From Candidatus Hermodarchaeota archaeon (lineage in GTDB: Archaea; Asgardarchaeota; Lokiarchaeia; Sigyniarchaeales; SOKP01), in assembly GCA_048885535.1 (NCBI GenBank), contig JBHLLO010000012.1, forward strand, positions 31,684 to 61,890: DNA of 30,207 bases, written 5' to 3'. Position 1 is the stretch's first letter. The number at the start of each line of letters is the position of its first letter. The notes beneath the pieces were generated by a model, which was not told where the DNA came from, searched no databases, and worked only from the letters and a program-made list of their open reading frames with translations. A program made the position numbers and the translations under genes. Positions 25,970-30,207 of the stretch are shown here, piece by piece.

Positions 25970-27982
25970 GTGATTCAACTTATGAGCATCAGTTTTAAGA
26001 TAAAATCAGAATTCGTACCGCAAGGGGATCAACCGTCAGCTATTGAAGCTCTTAAAGATGGAATTAGAAAAGGAAAATCATTCCAAACCTTGTTAGGAGC
26101 GACAGGCACTGGAAAGACATTTACTATCGCTAATATTATACAGGAGATACAGAAGCCTACATTAATTATGGCACCCAATAAAACTCTTGCTGCTCAACTT
26201 TATAATGAATTAAAGGAACTATTTCCTGAAAATGCAGTTCATTATTTCGTATCTTATTACGACTATTACCAACCAGAAGCATATCTTCCTATAACTGGAC
26301 AATATATTGAAAAGGATTTTAGTGTCAATGAGGAGATTGAGCGCCTCAGGCTTGCAGCTACTCATGCTATTAGAACCAGAAATGATGTAATCATTGTAGC
26401 TACAGTATCGTGTATATATGGGATAGGTTCACCTGAAGAATGGGAAAAAGTCTCAATATCTCTAGGCGTTTCTCAAAAGATTAATCGAAGGGATATTATT
26501 AGGGGACTTATCAAAATGAATTATGAGAGAAAGGACATAGAATTTAGACCCGGAGTAGTAAGAGTAAGAGGAGATATTATTGACATCTTCCCAGCATATC
26601 TGGAAACGGCTATACGAATATCATTGTTTGGAGATGAGATTGAATCAATTCAAGAAATCCATCCTCTATCAAATGAGGTTATAAAAGAACTTACTAATTG
26701 TAGAATCTTTCCAGCTACCCATTTTATTATCCCTGAAGAAAATAAGATTAAAGCCTTAGAATCGATCGAAGAAGAATTAAATCAACAGATAAAGTTGTTT
26801 ACGGATAATAAGCAATATGCTGAAGCTCAACGCATCGAAAAAAGAGTAAAATTTGATTTAGAAATGATGAAAGAAATGGGTTGGTGCAAAGGAATCGAAA
26901 ATTATTCAAGACATTTAGATGGTAGATCTGTTGGTTCGCCACCCATGTGTTTAATAGATTATTTTCCCAATGATTTCCTAATTGTAGTTGATGAGAGCCA
27001 TATAACTATCCCTCAGATTCATGGGATGATAGGAGGTGATCGCTCTCGAAAGAAGAACCTTGTAGAATATGGATGGAGACTTCCTAGTGCTTTTGATAAT
27101 CGCCCTCTTACGTTTGAAGAATGGGAAAGTAAAATTAAGTTCTTAATTTTAATGAGTGCGACTCCAGGAGATTGGGAACTCGAGAAATCAAAAGGAATTT
27201 CAGCGGAACAGATTATCAGGCCAACAGGTTTAGTAGATCCAGAGGTTGAAATACGACCAGCAAAGAATCAAATTGATAATTTATTAGGTGAAATCAGAAA
27301 AGTTGTGGAAAGTAAAGGAAGGATTTTAATAACCACACTAACCAAAAGGATGGCTGAAGATATCGCAGAATATTACTCCGAATTAGGTATTAAGATCTCA
27401 TATCTTCATTCAGAAGTAGATACTGTGGAAAGATTTGACATTTTAAGGCAATTAAGAGATGGAACATTTGACGTCGTCGTTGGAATCAATCTTTTAAGAG
27501 AAGGGCTTGATTTACCTGAAGTTAAATTAGTGGCGATTTTAGATGCTGATAAGCTTGGTTTCTTAAGAGATACAAGATCATTGATTCAAACCATTGGCAG
27601 AGCTTCTAGAAATGTTGAGGGAAAGGCTATTTTGTATGCGGAAAAAATTACTACTGCAATGAAGGCTGCAATTGACGAAACTAATAGAAGGAGAAAAAAA
27701 CAAGAGAATTTTAATAAAGAAAATAATATTACCCCACAAACTATAAGAAAGAATATTCTTAATTCTCTTTCTGAAGAACAAGAGTATAAAGAAAAAGAAA
27801 TAAAGAGATTAAAAAAAGTTGTGAATGAAAAAGTCAAAGAGTTAGAAAGTGAAGGAGATTTAGAAATTATAATACAATATCTTGAAAGTAAAATGTTTTT
27901 AGCTGCTAAGGAACTCAGGTTTGAAGATGCAGCATATTTAAGAGACAAGATTATAGCATATAAAAAAGATTATACGGCATAA
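25970..27982 (+). CDS. uvrB: Excinuclease ABC subunit B (start may be the ATG at 25982)
   Basis: PQGDQP, LGATGTGKTFT, FVSYYDYYQPEAY, GIENYSRH, VDESH, GINLLREGLDLPEV, QTIGRA and C-terminal UVR motif FEDAAYLRD. Confidence 0.99.
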   Translation: MIQLMSISFKIKSEFVPQGDQPSAIEALKDGIRKGKSFQTLLGATGTGKTFTIANIIQEIQKPTLIMAPNKTLAAQLYNELKELFPENAVHYFVSYYDYYQPEAYLPITGQYIEKDFSVNEEIERLRLAATHAIRTRNDVIIVATVSCIYGIGSPEEWEKVSISLGVSQKINRRDIIRGLIKMNYERKDIEFRPGVVRVRGDIIDIFPAYLETAIRISLFGDEIESIQEIHPLSNEVIKELTNCRIFPATHFIIPEENKIKALESIEEELNQQIKLFTDNKQYAEAQRIEKRVKFDLEMMKEMGWCKGIENYSRHLDGRSVGSPPMCLIDYFPNDFLIVVDESHITIPQIHGMIGGDRSRKKNLVEYGWRLPSAFDNRPLTFEEWESKIKFLILMSATPGDWELEKSKGISAEQIIRPTGLVDPEVEIRPAKNQIDNLLGEIRKVVESKGRILITTLTKRMAEDIAEYYSELGIKISYLHSEVDTVERFDILRQLRDGTFDVVVGINLLREGLDLPEVKLVAILDADKLGFLRDTRSLIQTIGRASRNVEGKAILYAEKITTAMKAAIDETNRRRKKQENFNKENNITPQTIRKNILNSLSEEQEYKEKEIKRLKKVVNEKVKELESEGDLEIIIQYLESKMFLAAKELRFEDAAYLRDKIIAYKKDYTA

Positions 27983-28030
27983 ACGTGAAACTTTTCATTT
28001 ATAATAAATAAAATAATAAATGCATTTAGT

Positions 28031-30207
28031 ATGAATAACGATTTTATTATTATAAAAGGAGCAAGGCAAAATAACCTTAAGAATATTGATGTAAGAATTC
28101 CTCGTAATAAATTGGTTGTGATTACAGGTATTAGTGGTAGCGGGAAATCAAGCCTAGCAATGGATACATTATATGCTGAAGGTCAAAGGAGATTTTTAGA
28201 ATCATTATCAAGTTATGCTCGTCAGTTTTTAGGAGAGATGGATAAGCCTGATGTTGATTCCATAGAGGGATTATCACCAGCAATAGCTATTGAACAGAAA
28301 GCTTTGTCTAAAAACCCAAGAAGCACAGTAGGAACAGTCACTGAAATCTATGATTATTATCGATTACTATTTGCAAATGTTGGGACTCCTCATTGCCCAA
28401 ATTGCGGTAAAGAAATAAGACCTCAAACACCCCAACAAATCATTGAGCAAATACTCGAAACAATTCCAGAAAACGAGAAATTTATAATTAAAGCACCAGT
28501 TATTCGGGATAGAAAAGGAGAATATAAAGAACTATTACAAAGTCTCAAAAAACAAGGATATCTTAGAATAGAAATTGATAATATACAATATACTCTTGAT
28601 GAAGAAATAACCATGGATAAAAATGTAAAACATAATATCAATGTAATAGTTGATCGCCTTATAATGAAGAAGGATATTAGGGCAAGACTTGCAGATTCAA
28701 TAGAGACCGCATTAAGTTTGACTGAAGGTATCGTATCAATAGAAGTAGTTGACAAAGAAGAACAAATTTATTCAGAGCATCTTGCATGTATTGATTGTGG
28801 CATTTCATTTCCACAACTAGATCACAAAATGTTTTCCTTTAATATCCCTCACGGTAGTTGTAAATACTGCAGTGGTTTAGGTACTGTGATGGAATTAGAT
28901 TACGGATTAATATTAGGAGATGATTTAAATGTTCCAATTCAGGATACCCCTATAAGAGATATTCCCGGATTTGGTTCATTAACAAGTTATTCTTGGCAAT
29001 TATTAAAACAAGTTGCTAAATACTATGGGTTTGATACAAATAAAACTAATATTAAAAACATCGATCCTGAAAAATTAAATAAAGTGTTGTATGGTACTGG
29101 TGATGAAACTATTGATTTTCATTTTAAAAGTGAAAATAACGGGTATAATAACAATGATATAAAATCTTACCATGTCGTTAGATCCTTCGAAGGAATTATC
29201 CCTTGGCTTCAAAGAAGGTATATGGAAACCAATTCTGAATGGGCGAGAGAAATATACGAAAGCTTTATGAATAAAGTAAATTGCCCACAATGTAATGGTC
29301 AAAGATTAAAACCAGAGAGCTTAGCTGTAACTATTAATGATTTGAATATAGCAGAATTATCAAATTTATCAGTTCTTGATTCAATCAAATATTTTAATGA
29401 ACTAGAACTCAGTGAAGTTCAAATTGCGATAGTGAAAGAAGTCTTAAAAGAAATATCAGCTAGACTCTCTTTCTTAGATAATGTTGGTCTAGATTACATT
29501 ACTTTAAGTAGAAGATCAGATACCCTTTCTGTAGGAGAAGCAGAAAGAATACGTTTAGCTACACAACTAGGTTCAAGTTTAGTCGGTGTATTATATGTTT
29601 TAGACGAACCGAGTGTTGGGTTACATCAGAGGGATATTGATCGTTTAATCAAAATGTTAGAAAAATTAAGAGATTTAGGAAATACTGTCATTGTAGTTGA
29701 ACATGATGACGCAATTATGCGAAATTCAGATCATATAATCGATTTAGGACCATTAGCAGGTGAGAGAGGTGGAGAAATAGTAGCTGAGGGTCCCATTGGT
29801 ATAATTTTAAAGTCAAATACACTTACAGGAGAATATCTTTCAGGAAAAAAGAAAATTTTATTACCAAAAAAAAGAAGGCAACTTCTTAATGAATATATTG
29901 AAATTTTAGGAGCTCGAGAAAATAATTTAAAAAACATTGATATAAAAATTCCATTAGGAGTGTTCACATGTATTACAGGAGTATCCGGGGCAGGTAAAAC
30001 TAGTTTAATTATTGATTGTTTATATAAAGGACTTCACAATCTAATAAATAAAAGAAGTTCAAAAATAATCACTGGAGATTTTAATGAAATAAAAGGTTAC
30101 GAAAATATTGATAAGATAATAAATATCGATCAATCTCCAATTGGTAGAACACCTCGTTCTGTACCTGCAACATATACTAAAGCATTAGATTATATCAGAG
30201 ATATTTT
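28031..30207 (+). CDS. uvrA: Excinuclease ABC subunit A, partial (runs off the window end)
   Basis: Manual translation: MNNDFIIIKGARQNNLKNIDV...TGISGSGKSSLAMDTLYAEGQRR, CxxC zinc modules, LDEPSVGLHQRD, VVEHD, second Walker A TGVSGAGKT, IDQSPIGRTPRS. Confidence 0.98.
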   Translation, partial: MNNDFIIIKGARQNNLKNIDVRIPRNKLVVITGISGSGKSSLAMDTLYAEGQRRFLESLSSYARQFLGEMDKPDVDSIEGLSPAIAIEQKALSKNPRSTVGTVTEIYDYYRLLFANVGTPHCPNCGKEIRPQTPQQIIEQILETIPENEKFIIKAPVIRDRKGEYKELLQSLKKQGYLRIEIDNIQYTLDEEITMDKNVKHNINVIVDRLIMKKDIRARLADSIETALSLTEGIVSIEVVDKEEQIYSEHLACIDCGISFPQLDHKMFSFNIPHGSCKYCSGLGTVMELDYGLILGDDLNVPIQDTPIRDIPGFGSLTSYSWQLLKQVAKYYGFDTNKTNIKNIDPEKLNKVLYGTGDETIDFHFKSENNGYNNNDIKSYHVVRSFEGIIPWLQRRYMETNSEWAREIYESFMNKVNCPQCNGQRLKPESLAVTINDLNIAELSNLSVLDSIKYFNELELSEVQIAIVKEVLKEISARLSFLDNVGLDYITLSRRSDTLSVGEAERIRLATQLGSSLVGVLYVLDEPSVGLHQRDIDRLIKMLEKLRDLGNTVIVVEHDDAIMRNSDHIIDLGPLAGERGGEIVAEGPIGIILKSNTLTGEYLSGKKKILLPKKRRQLLNEYIEILGARENNLKNIDIKIPLGVFTCITGVSGAGKTSLIIDCLYKGLHNLINKRSSKIITGDFNEIKGYENIDKIINIDQSPIGRTPRSVPATYTKALDYIRDI

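Noticed and set aside
19101-29967. Short ORFs inside eno, truA, aglB, uvrB and uvrA
   Set aside because: Shadow ORFs of conserved genes; those beyond 28400 are antisense to uvrA, which the track omits because it has no stop codon in the window.
1-30207. CRISPR arrays, IS elements, integrases, inteins, rRNA and tRNA genes
   Set aside because: I saw no spaced direct repeats, transposase/integrase motifs, intein-sized insertions or GC-rich structured RNA islands by eye; a tRNAscan/Infernal run would be needed to exclude small RNAs.

Overview
AT-rich archaeal chromosomal window that looks like Asgard archaea, most likely Lokiarchaeia. This is inferred from the archaeal information-processing genes, an Arf-like small GTPase, bacterial-type uvrBA and the composition. 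It is mostly a shuffled core-gene supercluster: L30e-NusA-S12-S7, L44e-S27e, TFS, RPA14-like, PCNA-PriL-PriS-GINS, aIF2alpha-Nop10, EF-1alpha, DUF99, mini-RNase III, RpoL, Csl4, a METTL5-like methyltransferase, enolase, RFC-S, TruA, AglB and uvrB-uvrA (partial). The most unusual item is a 643-aa winged-HTH + ATP-cone + truncated class III ribonucleotide reductase-like protein that lacks the glycyl-radical domain. It is a candidate dNTP-sensing pseudoenzyme regulator and has a repeat/palindrome cluster upstream. Also notable are a 1298-aa AglB/STT3 with five tandem beta-sandwich-like repeats, a METTL5 homologue with no ATG/GTG/TTG start, an RpoL with a long acidic N-terminal tail, and an altered ABC signature in UvrA. 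I saw no rRNA, tRNA, CRISPR array or mobile element. All family assignments come from motif recognition, not database searches.
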